A stretch of 62,286 bases of DNA. Source: Halocafeteria seosinensis (taxonomy: Eukaryota). Made by a program: the position numbers and the translations under genes. Below, one piece after another: positions 60,388 to 62,286 of this stretch; the first letter of the stretch is position 1; each line of letters opens with the position of its first letter. A model generated the notes under the pieces. It had not been told where the DNA came from, did no database searches, and saw only the letters and a list, made by a program, of their open reading frames with translations. The DNA is taken from the NCBI GenBank assembly GCA_001687465.1, contig LVLI01000002.1, positions 1 to 62,286 of the forward strand. The letters run 5' to 3'.

Positions 60388-61610
60388 TCAAGGGGTTTTC
60401 GGATCGCTATAGACTAATTCTCGGTTGGCAGCTATCTCAATGTTCGGTAGTGTCCACAAGAAATCGCCGATACGTTTACAGTTTTCGATCGCCACGGCCT
60501 CAGCGGAGTCTTCCCTACCATGATAGCAGTTGCGGGCATAGTTTGCCTTGCAACTCGCTTCACGCGTGAATTCCGTCAATTTGATTCCTCTTGCTGTGCT
60601 AGGGAGTAATACACCGCAGAGTAACCGCTTGTCCTCATCTATATATAGACTATTGTCCGTATGTTCTTCTAGTGCCTGCTGTACCCTGTTCATCGGATGT
60701 GCTGCTTTGCTTACAGCAGAGAAACGACGGGGCCACTGTAACTGTCCGTATCTCCACTGATGATAAAAGTGGTTGACTAACCATTTATGAATCATGTCGT
60801 AATGGTTTCTGTTAGTGGCTTGGAACTGGAGCCTTACTCGTTGGGAACCTTCGGGCAATGGTGTACCATCTCCTGCGAGCACATTGTCCTGATGATCACT
60901 CACACGGTTGGGCTCATGGAAATAAATGTCGGCATCACTCATGTCAGGGTCACTTCCACCGATATCGCCATCATCCCAGGTAAATTCGTCAAGACCATCG
61001 TAAGCGAGTAACATATTGTGCAAAATCGCACAAGTCTTGATTATTGCGTTGCTAACATCCCTCTTGTATTGCAGCCCATTTCTTAGAATGCGAAATCGCG
61101 ACTTAAGAATGCCGAAGGCGCATTCTACGTCTTTCCGGACAGATTCCAAAAACTCGGACCAGTGAACTTCCTTATGGCCATTAGCACAATGCAGTGGGTC
61201 GACAAAACAAGGTAAGTTCTGGTACCCTCCGTCAACAATGAGATATCCACCTTTGCACACATGTAACACCCCTGCCTCATCATACAGGTTGAAACTGACA
61301 TCGTTGAACTTACCTTGGTACATAATCTGGTATGTGAAATCAGTATTTGAAGTAATCGTCTTATCGTTTTCTCGTCCGTCAAACAGGTCAGTCATGAATA
61401 GAATTCTCCGATTATGGTCCACAATTGCTTGACTTGCCAGCGTTGGAAATGGGTATTTCCCTTTGCAGAGGTTAGCGGCTTCCTTTGGGCATCTCAGCCA
61501 GCGGAAATGGGTCACATCCATCGACCCCATGGCACCTGGGAAACCTACACGGGCAAACGTATCCATGATTTTCTTCATGCTCTCGGAGCCGAGGTCTGGA
61601 AATGATACGA
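60388..61610 (-). mobile_element. PIF/Harbinger (DDE_Tnp_4) transposase, 5'-truncated, with a SET-like C-terminal extension
   Basis: GFPGAMGSMDVTH (D), QAIVDHNRRI, GRENDKTI, YLIVDGGY (D), SVRKDVECAFGILKSRFRIL (E), CAILHN. The ORF portion above about 61610 is the antisense of a different gene. Confidence 0.9.
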
Positions 61611-62175
61611 CAAGGAACTTTGCAATTGGAAAGGAAAGCGAAAGTGGAAGTGTAATATATCTACCCGTAAATGGACTTTCTCGGATGTGGGGACGACTGA
61701 CATCCCTAAGTGGGGTCCTGAGGCGGTGAAGACAATTGTGTATAATACGGTGAACCGGTTGTCTACGGAGTTGATAAAATACGATAAACAAAGGTGTTGT
61801 TTGGTTCCGTCTGCATCCAACGCGGAAACTGTTGATGCAACGCTTTATATTCCGAAAGGGAGGGGCAACACTCGAAAGAAGACTATTATTTTTCTTCAAC
61901 CGACAACAGCGGAGGACCATAGTTTAAAGCTACGTGGCTTGCGTCTGATTCTGGAAGCCTTAAAGCCTATCGTTGAGCCCGTGCAGATAACATTGGTCTT
62001 TGTGCTCCCACCGTTTCAACCAAGATGTACTCCGAAAACTCCTCAATTTTCTACGGACGTAAACGAGCGGAGAGATGAAGAGGAGATTTTGAAGAAGTTG
62101 ACGGTCTTCGATGTTCAGGTAACAGAAGATGGTCTCAAAGCATTGAAATCGTTGTTCAGCGGAAACGGTCGTTAG
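61606..62175 (+). pseudogene. C-terminal nuclease domain of a Crinkler/RHS-type gene, lacking its NTPase
   Basis: LVPSASNAETVDA...IFLQPTTAEDHSLKLRGL...LVFVLP parallels LCVPVERTFPVIDA...VQVTVAKRH...FYFYVP of the 9178-10872 ORF. Confidence 0.7.
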
Positions 62176-62286
62176 TCTCTCCGATATTTTCACAGTTCGG
62201 CCACCGGTGGGAACTCCAACTCCAAATATTGATCTCTTAATTCCACGCTCAATGAGCTGTCGGTGTGCGTATTATAGAAATAACAG

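Noticed and set aside
61610..61920. N-terminal part of the 510-aa ORF as real transposase sequence
   Set aside because: It is the antisense frame of the CR nuclease fragment and lacks Harbinger N-terminal features.

Overview
Eukaryotic nuclear DNA from a compact, intron-rich genome (GT-AG introns mostly about 50-100 nt, standard code). The organism is a flagellated protist (DRC3, STIL); a stramenopile is inferred from the style of the pyruvate carboxylase and the Crinkler/RHS-type genes. There are three zones. (1) About 1-21 kb is an accessory island: an unknown multi-exon gene, two abutting tandem arrays (about 178 bp and 195 bp units), a MULE DDE-SWIM transposase, two Crinkler/RHS-type (CR) NTPase+nuclease genes (one with a SAP header), a Ulp1-like protease with an altered catalytic triad, and several copies of a hairpin-bearing, (TG)n-tailed retroposon end. 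(2) About 21.3-59.3 kb is a gene-dense core: an N-terminal-only cullin, syntaxin-18, pyruvate carboxylase, UDP-glucose dehydrogenase, a PPTase, a kinase+2H-phosphodiesterase, IBA57, ASF1, NFXL1, a large Sel1-repeat protein, a bromodomain-NET protein, a STIL homolog and DRC3. (3) About 59.9-62.2 kb is a PIF/Harbinger element end with a 5'-truncated transposase carrying a SET-like C-terminus, joined head-to-head to a third CR nuclease fragment. All calls come from motifs recognised by eye and exon boundaries are approximate. No rRNA, tRNA or CRISPR array was seen.
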